A DNA stretch of 64,000 nt from Clostridia bacterium (GCA_017515985.1 JAFWDV010000019.1:4629-68628); one strand, 5' to 3'. Shown: positions 42,156 through 52,098, counted from the first letter of the stretch. Numbers and translations: made by a program. Notes: generated from the sequence alone by a model not told the origin.

Positions 42156-43250
42156 ATGGCAAATAAATGTATAGAAATCATCAATACTAATTTTGAACTA
42201 CTTGGAATAATAACTAATTTTGAAAGTCTTATATGTATATGGAATTATTATGAATGTGGAACATTTGAACTAACAATCAATAAAAATAAAGCTAACACTG
42301 ATTGCCTAAAAAAGGACAACTTAATAATAGTAAACAAAAAAGATGATAAAATACTTATCATAGATAAAGTGGTTATAAGTACTACCAAAAATAACAAAAC
42401 AATGAAAATAACAGGTACGTGTATAAAAGGTATTACAAAGAGAAGGATTATAGCCACAAATGGATATGATAGAGTATCTCAAACAGAAGCGGAAAACATA
42501 CAAAAACATTACCTAGAAAAACATATTGTAAATTCATATTACGATAATATAAGAACACCTGAAAGAGATATTAGCTGGTTAAGAATTGCTCCTACACAAA
42601 ACAGAGGAATAAGTACTGTATGGCAAGCAAGACTTACTAATTTACATGACGAATTAAAGCATATATCTGAAGATACAGGTATGGGGTGGAAAGGAATTAT
42701 AGACAGAACAAATAAATATATAACTTTTGATTCTTACGAAGGTAAAAATAGAGGAATAAATCAAAATGTGAATCCATACATAATCTTCTCTGAAAAGAAG
42801 AAAAACCTACTTGAAGGAAAAGTAACAGATGATAATACAAATTACAAAAATGTAGCATATGTTGCAGGTAAAGGGGAAGACGAAGATAGACTTATAATAG
42901 TAATAGGTAACAGTACAGGATTAGCAAGAAGAGAAGTTTTAGTTGATTTAAATAATATTGATGATCCAGCAGAATTAAGAACAGAGGGGCAAAAAAAATT
43001 AGATACATATAAAACAATTCAATCCCTTGAAGGAAAAGTATTTCAGATACCTAATATCGAATATGAAAAAGATTTTTTTCTTGGAGATATTGTTACACTT
43101 GAAAGCGACGGAATATACGAAGATAAACGTATAATACAAGCAAAAGAAGTATATGAAAAAAATAATATAACAGTTGAACTTGGCTTCGGAGACAAGATAC
43201 CTACATTAGCCGACCAAATTCAAAAATTGACGGAAAGACCTATCAATTAA
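42156..43250 (+). CDS. Tail-associated protein (Tal / Gp37-like N-terminal domain)
   Basis: Position after Dit and size. Confidence 0.5.
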   Translation: MANKCIEIINTNFELLGIITNFESLICIWNYYECGTFELTINKNKANTDCLKKDNLIIVNKKDDKILIIDKVVISTTKNNKTMKITGTCIKGITKRRIIATNGYDRVSQTEAENIQKHYLEKHIVNSYYDNIRTPERDISWLRIAPTQNRGISTVWQARLTNLHDELKHISEDTGMGWKGIIDRTNKYITFDSYEGKNRGINQNVNPYIIFSEKKKNLLEGKVTDDNTNYKNVAYVAGKGEDEDRLIIVIGNSTGLARREVLVDLNNIDDPAELRTEGQKKLDTYKTIQSLEGKVFQIPNIEYEKDFFLGDIVTLESDGIYEDKRIIQAKEVYEKNNITVELGFGDKIPTLADQIQKLTERPIN

Positions 43251-43279
43251 GATAGGTCTTTCTTTTGAAAGGAGATAAC

Positions 43280-44329
43280 ATGGAAGATATAGTATTAGAT
43301 AGCTTTCCATTTGATAGTATGCAAGTTTTAAACGAAGATACCGGACAAATGGAAGACGATAGATTATATGAAGCACAAATTTTTAGGAATTATTTTAAAA
43401 AATTCCTGTCTAATGGTGTTTATTACGGTAGTTATAAAAATTACGGTGAAAATGGTATGAAAGTAACTTCAGAAGGTGGAATGCTCATCAACGTAGCACC
43501 TGGTGCAGGTATAATTGAAGGAGCTGACTTCGAAAATACAAGTAACAGAGAAATAACATTAGTAAGACCAGATTCTGGAAGACGATTAGATAGAATAGTT
43601 GTTCAATTTAATGCTTCTCTAAACAAGAGAAATACATTTTTAATTGTTAAAGAAGGAAACGGTACAACTCCAGCAACTTTAACAAGAAATGATAATATCT
43701 ATGAAATATGTATTGCTGAAGTTATGGTTAAAAGTACAGCTAATATAACTCAATCAGATATAACAGATACCAGACCAAACAGTAATTTATGCGGAATAGT
43801 AGATAGTCTAATTAGTGTTGACGGAGAAGAACTTTATCAGAGCTTTCAAAATTATATAGATACACTTACAGATAATATTATGATAAAAAATCAGGATATT
43901 ATACAAACTTTAGATGGCTGCGATAACCAAAATGCTAAGGTTGCGTCTGCAAAATTATTTTTCGATACATTAAATAATGTAAATACTTTAATTACAAACA
44001 TAAATAATACAATTAATGAAATTCAGAACAATATTCCTAAAATAGTTGTTTTAACAGGATATTTCGGCTCTAATCAAAGCATTAAAAACATAAACTTACC
44101 GTCTGGATGGAGCATAGACAATACTGTTGTTTTATCGAGTCTTATATATCTAAAATACTCTACTGGTTATGATACATATGATGGAAACGACATACCATCG
44201 AGTATACCTAAGCATGAAGTACACATGGAGAACTATGCATATCCAAATCGATTAACAATAGAAGTTAGCAGGACTGCATCTAATTACGAAACTATACGTT
44301 ATAGAATTGTAATAATGAAATTTGCATAG
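43280..44329 (+). CDS. Baseplate/tail structural protein
   Basis: Position. No family recognised. Confidence 0.4.
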   Translation: MEDIVLDSFPFDSMQVLNEDTGQMEDDRLYEAQIFRNYFKKFLSNGVYYGSYKNYGENGMKVTSEGGMLINVAPGAGIIEGADFENTSNREITLVRPDSGRRLDRIVVQFNASLNKRNTFLIVKEGNGTTPATLTRNDNIYEICIAEVMVKSTANITQSDITDTRPNSNLCGIVDSLISVDGEELYQSFQNYIDTLTDNIMIKNQDIIQTLDGCDNQNAKVASAKLFFDTLNNVNTLITNINNTINEIQNNIPKIVVLTGYFGSNQSIKNINLPSGWSIDNTVVLSSLIYLKYSTGYDTYDGNDIPSSIPKHEVHMENYAYPNRLTIEVSRTASNYETIRYRIVIMKFA

Positions 44330-44340
44330 GAGGAACCAAT

Positions 44341-45159
44341 ATGAATACAAAAAAATACAAAATATATAAAGATAGAACAGCAAAGCCTCTAGATAATGAA
44401 GTTATGGGTACCAAAAATGAAAACAAAGTAACAGCACTAAAGTTTGAAATACCAGATGAGTATAATAATTGGAACAAACGTATAGTGTTTATAACTCCAG
44501 AAGGAAAACCATGGTATTACCTCGAAAATGACGCAGTTTCTCTTATTAATGAAATAACCCAATATGGAGAAGTAGATGCATATATATGGCTAACAGAGCA
44601 TGCTAATAACCAAGAAGAAAGTCCTGGAGATTTCAGAAGCAAAATTTTTACACTTACTTTTAACGATAATGAAAATACAGATAATTATGAGCCATCACCT
44701 GAACAGGTTGATGGCTTTAATAGACTTATAACTGTATTAAATGAAGAACTTGAAGAAATAAGAGCATTAGAAAGCACCATTGAACAAGCAGAGCAATCTA
44801 GGGAGCAAAGAACAAATGAGGCAATAAACAATATTGTTGACATGACAGAATCTTACAACCAAAATGCAGAAGAAAAGAACAATGCTTTCAATACAAACGC
44901 ATCACAAAAAACGAACGACTTTGATTCACATGTTGAAGATAAGATAGATGATTTCAATGACAATGCATCCGAAAAGACTGAAACATTAAATCAAATTGCA
45001 GAAGGTATAGAAGATATGACAACAGCGATACAATTTGCATCATTCGAGGTGGATAATGATATGCACCTTAATATAATACAGGCTGAAAGAATGCCAAACA
45101 CAAATTTCATATTTAACCCAGAAACTGGGAGATTGGGGGTAAGAATATACAATGGCTAA
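44341..45159 (+). CDS. Tail fibre-associated protein with FNxNASxKT repeats
   Basis: It shares the repeat motif with the downstream fibre gene. Confidence 0.45.
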   Translation: MNTKKYKIYKDRTAKPLDNEVMGTKNENKVTALKFEIPDEYNNWNKRIVFITPEGKPWYYLENDAVSLINEITQYGEVDAYIWLTEHANNQEESPGDFRSKIFTLTFNDNENTDNYEPSPEQVDGFNRLITVLNEELEEIRALESTIEQAEQSREQRTNEAINNIVDMTESYNQNAEEKNNAFNTNASQKTNDFDSHVEDKIDDFNDNASEKTETLNQIAEGIEDMTTAIQFASFEVDNDMHLNIIQAERMPNTNFIFNPETGRLGVRIYNG

Positions 45160-47644
45160 TAATGTAACAGATTTAGGTAAAGTAGGAATTACACTAAAAG
45201 GCGAATGGAATGCATCTACAAGCTACGAAAGACTTGATGCAGTAACATATCAAGGAAGCCTATATATTGCCATAAAAAACAATGTAAATGCTAATCCAAG
45301 TACAAGTACTGCTAACTGGATGCTAAGTGCTAAGCATGGTGAATTTACTGAACAACAGCTAGAGGATTTCAAGGCTGAAGTAGTCGCAGAGTCTAAAGAA
45401 GAAATGGACGACTACACAAACGATAAAAAAGATGAACTTAATACATATACTGACACAAAAGAAACTGAGTTAAATGAGTACGCTACTGAACTTAAAAACA
45501 CATTCGATACTAACGCTAGTACAAAAACAAGTGATTTTAATGACAATGCTACTGCAGAGACTACAGCTTTCAATACTAATGCAAGTGATAAGACAGATGC
45601 TTTTGACACTAATGCTAGTACAAAGACAACAGCGTTTGATAATAACGCCACATCAAAAACAACTGCATTCAACACTAACGCTACAAACAAAACTACAGAT
45701 TTTAACGATAATGCAACAGCAAAAACAGAAGCTTTCGATGAGCATACAGAAGAAATACAAGCTGACATAGAAGATTTGCAAAATGAAGTTGAAGAATTAT
45801 CTGCAAATATGCCTTGGAATACTACAGAACAAGCTACAGAAATAAGTGTAGATGATGCAGCAAAATATAGTAAAAATAAATTAGAATTGTTTGGTAATAC
45901 AAGTCAATTTAGTACAACAGGAGTCCAATTATTTGATAAAAATCTATTAAGTCAAGAAAGTAATTATAACACTTATAATTCTACAACTAAATTATGGACA
46001 ACTAATAATGGTGGAAGTTATGGGCGTTCAATATTATATAATGCAACAGGCTATGCAAGTAGAGATATTAATAAATTAGTTCCATTAACAAGTGCAGGAA
46101 CATATACACTAAAACTATATGATTTTGTAAACGACACAGGTTATGCATCTGCGATAGAGTTAGCATTGTTTGATAATGACGGTTTGAAAATCTCACAGAC
46201 AACTCAAAATAGTAATTTTATTAAATTTACTATAGACAATTCTTGCTACATGGATTTATGTAGAAGAAGCAATAGTGGAACGATGTCATTTAGCAAAATT
46301 ATGATGGTTAAAGGCGATTACACCGAAGATACTTTCCCAGACTACGAGCCATACACAGGTGGTCAACCATCTCCTAACCCAGATTATCCTCAAGATATTC
46401 ATGTAGTTACTGGGAAAAACATGATTAAAGTAAATATAAACGATGATATAGTTTTACCAACAGGATATAAGAGATTAGATTACATCGAAAATACAGGCTC
46501 AGAATATATAGATACTAATTTTACACCAACTGACAAAACAAAAATAGAATTAGATTTTGAATTTGATAGCTTTGAAGTTGAAGGAAGTGACAATTACTCA
46601 TACCTGTATGGAGCAAGAAAAGCATCAGAAAATGATGCAAGAATAGGACTTTTTTTAAGTAGTACTAGAAAAAATATACGATATGATTTCTACACTCATA
46701 CATACTCGACAGTTGGTCGTGCAATTCCAAAAAAGACTAGATACAAATGTACTTTTGACAAAACAGGAGTATATTTAGACGATGTGTTATACGGAGCTGT
46801 CACATCAACATACTATAATGACGAAGAATTTGACACTGTTAATCCACTTTATATTTTCTATATGAGTGGAACCGCTAACGTTCCAAGTTCAATATATAAA
46901 TTATATTCATTTAAAATATATGAATCTAATGTATTAATAAGACATATGATTCCATGTATTAATCCTAATAATGAAATAGGATTATACGATATTGTTAACA
47001 ATGTCTTTTATGGTAATCAAGGTACAGGTTCATTTATTGCAGGAAATAAAATAAATGAATATCATATAGATTTAGGTAACATTGAACTATGTATAATAGG
47101 AGAATATAAGGATTATATATATCCAGAAAATGGAAATTGGTATGCATTTAACATAATAAAGAAATATAGTTACGACGGAAGTAAAGCTTTTGATTTATTG
47201 AATAATTGTTTTCAAATACGTAACCTGTATCCCACAGATATAGGAAATATTGATGGAGCACTAATAACCCAGTATAAATTCAATCCTGCACATAGTGGAA
47301 TTACATCTAACTTAGCGAATAATGAATTTGGATTTAACACCGAAAAGAAATTCACTATTAAAGATGACAGATTTATGACAGCTAACGAGTTTATGAGCCA
47401 CATAACCGAAAATCCTATAGAACTATGGTACGTATCAAATTCACCAACAATAACTCAAATAACAGATACAACCTTAATAGCACAATTAGATGCAATATAT
47501 GAACATCTACAATTAGTTAAAGGTACAAATAATATCATAGTTACAGCAGAAGATTTAGCACCAAATATGCAACTAAGCTATATGCAAGATTTACCTGCAA
47601 AATTAAATAACTTAGCAAGTAGAATTGAACTACTTGAAGAATAG
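45152..47644 (+). CDS. Tail fibre / receptor-binding protein
   Basis: 830 aa with an N-terminal repeat array and a large C-terminal beta-rich domain. Confidence 0.65.
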   Translation: MANNVTDLGKVGITLKGEWNASTSYERLDAVTYQGSLYIAIKNNVNANPSTSTANWMLSAKHGEFTEQQLEDFKAEVVAESKEEMDDYTNDKKDELNTYTDTKETELNEYATELKNTFDTNASTKTSDFNDNATAETTAFNTNASDKTDAFDTNASTKTTAFDNNATSKTTAFNTNATNKTTDFNDNATAKTEAFDEHTEEIQADIEDLQNEVEELSANMPWNTTEQATEISVDDAAKYSKNKLELFGNTSQFSTTGVQLFDKNLLSQESNYNTYNSTTKLWTTNNGGSYGRSILYNATGYASRDINKLVPLTSAGTYTLKLYDFVNDTGYASAIELALFDNDGLKISQTTQNSNFIKFTIDNSCYMDLCRRSNSGTMSFSKIMMVKGDYTEDTFPDYEPYTGGQPSPNPDYPQDIHVVTGKNMIKVNINDDIVLPTGYKRLDYIENTGSEYIDTNFTPTDKTKIELDFEFDSFEVEGSDNYSYLYGARKASENDARIGLFLSSTRKNIRYDFYTHTYSTVGRAIPKKTRYKCTFDKTGVYLDDVLYGAVTSTYYNDEEFDTVNPLYIFYMSGTANVPSSIYKLYSFKIYESNVLIRHMIPCINPNNEIGLYDIVNNVFYGNQGTGSFIAGNKINEYHIDLGNIELCIIGEYKDYIYPENGNWYAFNIIKKYSYDGSKAFDLLNNCFQIRNLYPTDIGNIDGALITQYKFNPAHSGITSNLANNEFGFNTEKKFTIKDDRFMTANEFMSHITENPIELWYVSNSPTITQITDTTLIAQLDAIYEHLQLVKGTNNIIVTAEDLAPNMQLSYMQDLPAKLNNLASRIELLEE
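45497..45745 (+). repeat. About 7.5 tandem 33-nt (11-aa) coding repeats F(D/N)xNA(S/T)xKTxx
   Basis: Read directly from the translation: NTFDTNASTKTSDFNDNATAETTAFNTNASDKTDAFDTNASTKTTAFDNNATSKTTAFNTNATNKTTDFNDNATAKTEAF. Confidence 0.85.
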
Positions 47645-47655
47645 GAGGAATTATT

Positions 47656-47904
47656 ATGACAATAATCGAGAAAAAAAGTGAAAGAAAAAAGAAAGCAATA
47701 ATGATGCTTGTTGAAGATGGAGAGTATTCAATTCCATACGCAATGATGTTAGCAGAGGAACTTAACGACCAAGGAAAATTACTAGATAACGACTACGAAG
47801 AATTAATGGAATGGCTTGAAAATAGACTTAATCCACCAACACCTGAGCCAGAAGATGAACAATCAGAATCTACAGATGATAATGTAGAAGAGGTGGTTGA
47901 ATAA
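47656..47904 (+). CDS. Hypothetical acidic protein
   Basis: ORF between the fibre gene and the lysis genes. Confidence 0.35.
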   Translation: MTIIEKKSERKKKAIMMLVEDGEYSIPYAMMLAEELNDQGKLLDNDYEELMEWLENRLNPPTPEPEDEQSESTDDNVEEVVE

Positions 47905-48188
47905 TGCCTCTTATTAATTATATAAAAGATTATTGGGTGCAGATAAGTTTTGTCTGCACCTTACTTTTTGGTGCTTATAAGTTTGCAATGGCGATGATTG
48001 AAGCAACAAAATGTAGTTTGAGAAATGATATTCTTGAGATTTACGACCAATGCAAGAACGAGAAAAAAATCACAAAATGGCAATTATCAGCTATTAAGAT
48101 GAGCTATGAGCAATATAAGAAACTAAAAGGAAATAGTTTTGTAGATGAACTTGTCAAGAAAGTAGACACATTCGAGATTATTGATTAA
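47904..48188 (+). CDS. Membrane protein at the holin position
   Basis: Single N-terminal TM segment, immediately upstream of the lysin. Confidence 0.4.
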   Translation: MPLINYIKDYWVQISFVCTLLFGAYKFAMAMIEATKCSLRNDILEIYDQCKNEKKITKWQLSAIKMSYEQYKKLKGNSFVDELVKKVDTFEIID

Positions 48189-48202
48189 AGGAGGGATGAA
48201 TT

Positions 48203-49546
48203 ATGAAGAAGAAAATATTGATAGTAATAGCATGTGTATTAGCATCATTAGCAGTATTGTGTCACATCTATATACCAGAGCATGAAATAAACAATACTAT
48301 TGCAGAAGTACAGAATATTGTAGAAAATGAGATTAAGAAAGATGATAATCTATCTACAACGGAAATACCTGAACGTACTATTGAAGATGAAGAAAATCTT
48401 GAAAGTCAAGAGGTAGAAAATGAGGCATTTGAGTTACAAGGCGAAATAGCATACAACGGAGATGCTAAGACATGGAGTATATCTACAGGAAACACGCCAC
48501 AATTAACATATATTTCTCAGATAGATAGTAGATGGAGATATCATTCATATACTAGTATAGGGGATTCTAGCCAAACAATAGGCTCGAGTGGATGTGGTGT
48601 TGCAAGTGCTGCAATGATAATTGATAGTATTGTAGGAAATGTAAGTGTAACAGAACTAGCTGATATATTTGTTGCTAATGGATATCGTTCGGCCAATAGT
48701 GGTACTTATTGGAGTGCATACAGGGCAGTAGCAGACCAGTTCGACATTGAATATACCGAAACTGATAATTTTAACACAATGATAAATCTATTAAAGAACA
48801 ACAACTATATAATAGCAAGTTGTGGAAATGGATTATTCACATCAGGTGGTCATTACATAGTATTGTATGGAATAGATGGAGATACAATAAAGATATATGA
48901 TCCATATCTATATTCAGGTAAATTTGAAACATCTACACGAAGAAACAAAGTAACAGTAAGTGGAAATACTGTGTATTGTTCTACAAACAATTTCAGAAAA
49001 TACGCTAACTATAAGCAATTCTTCTGTTATGGTTATAATGCAGATACAACAATAACTACTAACTCAACAGATAAACAGGTAACAACTGAAACATATACAA
49101 GATATGTAGCTACAAAATCAAGTAACTTAAATGTAAGAAATAGACCAGAAGGAAATATAGTTGGCTCGCTATCTAAAGGTAGCAAGGTAATAGTATATGA
49201 AACATCTGGCAACTGGTCACGAATTGGAATAGATAAGTGGGTTAGTACACAGTTTCTATCAGAGACTACTAGTCAAACTGTTCAAAAATTGAACAGTTCA
49301 AAATATACAACAGGAAAATACAATGTAACAACTAATATTCACGTCAGAACAGGTGCAGGAATAAATTATAAAGCTAAATCATATAAACAGTTGACCACTA
49401 ATGCTAGATGCCAAAATAAGCAATGTGGCAACGCATATTACAATGGATATATGAAAGGCGTAGTATGTTCTGTAACCGAAGTAAATGGCGAGTGGGGTAA
49501 GACTGCATCAGGTTGGATATGTTTGTCCTATTGTAAAAAAATATAA
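48203..49546 (+). CDS. Endolysin-like cysteine peptidase (C39-like) with two SH3b domains and an N-terminal signal anchor
   Basis: GSSGCGVASAAMII catalytic Cys region, GGHYIVLYG His region, and two SH3_3-like repeats (LNVRNRPEG..., HVRTGAGINY...). Confidence 0.65.
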   Translation: MKKKILIVIACVLASLAVLCHIYIPEHEINNTIAEVQNIVENEIKKDDNLSTTEIPERTIEDEENLESQEVENEAFELQGEIAYNGDAKTWSISTGNTPQLTYISQIDSRWRYHSYTSIGDSSQTIGSSGCGVASAAMIIDSIVGNVSVTELADIFVANGYRSANSGTYWSAYRAVADQFDIEYTETDNFNTMINLLKNNNYIIASCGNGLFTSGGHYIVLYGIDGDTIKIYDPYLYSGKFETSTRRNKVTVSGNTVYCSTNNFRKYANYKQFFCYGYNADTTITTNSTDKQVTTETYTRYVATKSSNLNVRNRPEGNIVGSLSKGSKVIVYETSGNWSRIGIDKWVSTQFLSETTSQTVQKLNSSKYTTGKYNVTTNIHVRTGAGINYKAKSYKQLTTNARCQNKQCGNAYYNGYMKGVVCSVTEVNGEWGKTASGWICLSYCKKI

Positions 49547-49613
49547 AAAATTTTTATTTACTATCCTTCTTTTGTGTGTTAGAATAGCTCAATAAAGTCG
49601 TATATGTGATGAG

Positions 49614-50651
49614 GTGATTGACATACGAAAGAAGGACCCAAGGTATAAAAGAACTATACAAAGAAGAAATATAAAAAATTTAAAACAAAGAACAAAAAGA
49701 AAAAGAAGAAAGTATTCAATTGGAAGACATTTAAGAAGGATGAAGAAACCATATGCTACATTCATTGCTCCAAGAATATTCAGTTTTTTAGAAAATCCAG
49801 ATGAAACAATTTTTTTCTTTAATGAGCTAATAAAAAAAATTGAAGATTTATATATTGGTGGAACTTTATACCTGTTTGTTATAGACATGAAAGACGTTGA
49901 AAAAATCACGGGAGATGCATTGATGTATCTATTGACCGTAATGAGAAATACTAGATTGAATGGTCGAAAAGGAATATATTGGAGGGGAAATTTCCCAAAG
50001 AATGAAAAGATATCATATTTTCTAAAGTCATCAGGATTTTTGCAGTATATGAATACCGCGAAATGTAATCTAGTACATACGGACGAAAATATACAAATTC
50101 AATCAGGTTCATTGATAGAAGCTAATGTAAAAAAATCTATCTGTGATTTTACAAATAAAAAATTAGGTACAGATTTAAAGTATAGTAGATTTTTATCTAA
50201 TATTTTAACTGAGCTTATGACAAATACCAGGGATCATGCATACAATGAAAATAACAAATTTGATTTCTGTTGGTATGTATTTGTGGAAAACACTAATAAT
50301 AAAATTAAATATACGTTTATGGATAACGGTCTAGGAATACCAACAACTGTTAATAAAAAACTAACAGAAAAGCTAAAAGAAAACTTTAAAAAAGAAAAAG
50401 AGCATTCATATATTGAGTCTTGCTTAGACGGAAAATTTTTAAGAACAGAAACAAAACAAAATCACAGAGGAAAAGGATTACCAGAGATTAATACATACTA
50501 TATTGATGGTAAAATATCAGAACTTACCATTATTTCAAATCACGCATATTATAAAAAAAATAATTCAAGTGATTTAAAAAATTATCTATATGGAACTATA
50601 GTTTATTGGGAAATAGATAAGAACAATTTAAAGGAGGAACAACAAAGATGA
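49614..50651 (+). CDS. GHKL-type ATPase (SpoIIAB/RsbW-like HATPase_c) with an N-terminal STAS-like region
   Basis: N-box ELMTNTRDHA, G1 box MDNGLGIP and G2 box HRGKGLPEI. The upstream segment DMKDVEKITGDALMYLL is STAS-like. The true start may be the internal MKKPY (about 49740). Confidence 0.6.
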   Translation: MIDIRKKDPRYKRTIQRRNIKNLKQRTKRKRRKYSIGRHLRRMKKPYATFIAPRIFSFLENPDETIFFFNELIKKIEDLYIGGTLYLFVIDMKDVEKITGDALMYLLTVMRNTRLNGRKGIYWRGNFPKNEKISYFLKSSGFLQYMNTAKCNLVHTDENIQIQSGSLIEANVKKSICDFTNKKLGTDLKYSRFLSNILTELMTNTRDHAYNENNKFDFCWYVFVENTNNKIKYTFMDNGLGIPTTVNKKLTEKLKENFKKEKEHSYIESCLDGKFLRTETKQNHRGKGLPEINTYYIDGKISELTIISNHAYYKKNNSSDLKNYLYGTIVYWEIDKNNLKEEQQR

Positions 50652-50980
50652 AAATTAATATTTGTGATGAATATACAGATGCTCCAGGAGGAAGATATGA
50701 GAGTCAAGGTTCTTTTTCAGGAGAAGATTTCAGAAAAAAAATACTAAAACCTAAGTATATAGAAGCAGCCAATAAAAACGAAACATTATTTATAGATTTT
50801 GATGGTGGGTATGGATATGGTTCTTCTTTTTTAGAAGAGGCATTTGGTGGATTAATACGAGAATTAAAAGCGGAAAATAATTTAATATACAAGAAAGCTT
50901 TAGAAATAATAGTTATGAAATCAGATGATGAACCAAGTTTAATAGAAAGAGTAGAAGAGTATATGAAAAATCAAATCTAA
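50648..50980 (+). CDS. DUF4325-type STAS-like domain protein
   Basis: FIDFDGGYGYGSSFLEEAFGGLI pattern. Start overlaps the upstream stop (ATGA). Confidence 0.55.
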   Translation: MKINICDEYTDAPGGRYESQGSFSGEDFRKKILKPKYIEAANKNETLFIDFDGGYGYGSSFLEEAFGGLIRELKAENNLIYKKALEIIVMKSDDEPSLIERVEEYMKNQI

Positions 50981-50996
50981 ATTAGAGGAGAAAAAA

Positions 50997-51551
50997 ATGA
51001 AGATACAATTTGAATTAAAGAAGAAACATGCATATATATTAGTTGGAGTAATTTTATTTATTATAATTTCCTTTATCAACACAAAATTTCTATATGATGA
51101 CTGGAAGGAATACTGGAGAATGTCATTATATGAATTATTGACAATAATTGTAGGAAGTATTGTTATTTATGGATTAAATAAAAAAGATAACAAAGAGGCA
51201 AAATTATATGATAAGATTGAAAATAAATGCGAGGATTTGAAAAGGTATATTAAGCATAATTTAAATTCAATTCCCATAATGGAAAAAGAAGAAAGACTCA
51301 CAAAAATAAGGTATATTTCTAATCAGATTAACAATCTGGAACGATACTTAAAAAGTATGGACAAGTTATCTGATAAATTTGAAAAACTACAACAAGCATT
51401 TAAAAACTTAAATGATTTTGTATCTGACAATATAGATCAAAAGAAAGAATATTTTGATGAAGACAATAGAAAGGTAAAATTAGAGCAGCTAATTAATAAC
51501 ATTGAGCTTCGATTAGAAGATATAATAATTTTTACATATACGTATGAATAA
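50997..51551 (+). CDS. Two-TM protein with a cytoplasmic coiled coil
   Basis: Hydrophobic segments at residues about 12-30 and 42-60, then heptad-rich sequence. Confidence 0.45.
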   Translation: MKIQFELKKKHAYILVGVILFIIISFINTKFLYDDWKEYWRMSLYELLTIIVGSIVIYGLNKKDNKEAKLYDKIENKCEDLKRYIKHNLNSIPIMEKEERLTKIRYISNQINNLERYLKSMDKLSDKFEKLQQAFKNLNDFVSDNIDQKKEYFDEDNRKVKLEQLINNIELRLEDIIIFTYTYE

Positions 51552-51656
51552 AAAGAGACTAGCCCAAAAGCTAGTCTTTAAAACTTTATGCATTCGACAA
51601 GTTTCGACACATCAATTTACATAAATATGCTATAATCATCAAAAGAGGGTGGTTGT

Positions 51657-51797
51657 ATGGAAATTGATTTATTAATAATTCGCAACCGTGCACGACTTGA
51701 AAAAATGATTACAGAAGAAAAAGATTATAAAAAAATTTTAAGACAAAGTCAAAAACTAGACAGATTACTTAATAAAAAGATGAAAGAGCTTGTATAA
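51657..51797 (+). CDS. Spo0E-family aspartyl-phosphate phosphatase-like protein (46 aa)
   Basis: MEIDLLIIRNRARLEKMITEEKDYKKILRQSQKLDRLLNKKMKELV. The SQxLDxLl motif and the size match the Spo0E family. RBS GAGGGTGG; terminator 51785-51816. Confidence 0.6.
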   Translation: MEIDLLIIRNRARLEKMITEEKDYKKILRQSQKLDRLLNKKMKELV

Positions 51798-51846
51798 GAA
51801 ACAGGCTCTTTTTTTGGTGAAAAATATATATTTTAGATTAGTACCA

Positions 51847-51866
51847 AGTAGACAATTAGTAGACAA
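51847..51866 (+). promoter_or_regulatory. Two AGTAGACAA direct repeats (candidate integrase arm-type sites, right arm)
   Basis: Copies at 51847-51855 and 51858-51866, identical to the pair at 15232-15252. Confidence 0.55.
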
Positions 51867-51926
51867 TTATAAAAATAAAATCAACTGTTAAAGTCTTAAA
51901 CAATTGATTTTACTATACTTTGATAC

Positions 51927-51960
51927 TTTGGTGACCCCTACGGGAATCGAACCCATGATT
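51927..51960. repeat. attR core (phage-supplied 3-prime end of the functional tRNA-Glu)
   Basis: Identical to 15096-15129. Confidence 0.95.
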
Positions 51961-52003
51961 CGGCCTTGAGAGGGCCGCGTCTTAACCGCTTGACCAAGGG
52001 GCC
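51929..52003 (-). tRNA. tRNA-Glu (anticodon CUC), CCA encoded
   Basis: GGCCCCTTGGTCAAGCGGTTAAGACGCGGCCCTCTCAAGGCCGAATCATGGGTTCGATTCCCGTAGGGGTCACCA. The 7-bp acceptor stem pairs and the anticodon loop is CTCTCAA. Confidence 0.9.
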
Positions 52004-52098
52004 AAAAATTTGATACCCTATATTTATAACATAATTGTAGTGTTTCGTCAATAGGTAAAAAGAAATTTTGGAAACGAGAAAAAATGGGACGTGAAAAA

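Noticed and set aside
45412-45770. Long ORFs on the minus strand and in an alternative plus frame, and the possibility of a CRISPR-like array
   Set aside because: They are by-products of the 33-nt coding repeats in the tail fibre. The units are contiguous with no spacers and translate into a coherent 11-aa repeat.
49589-49909. 106-aa minus-strand ORF
   Set aside because: It is antisense to the start of the GHKL ATPase gene and to an A/G-rich leader. It has no RBS.
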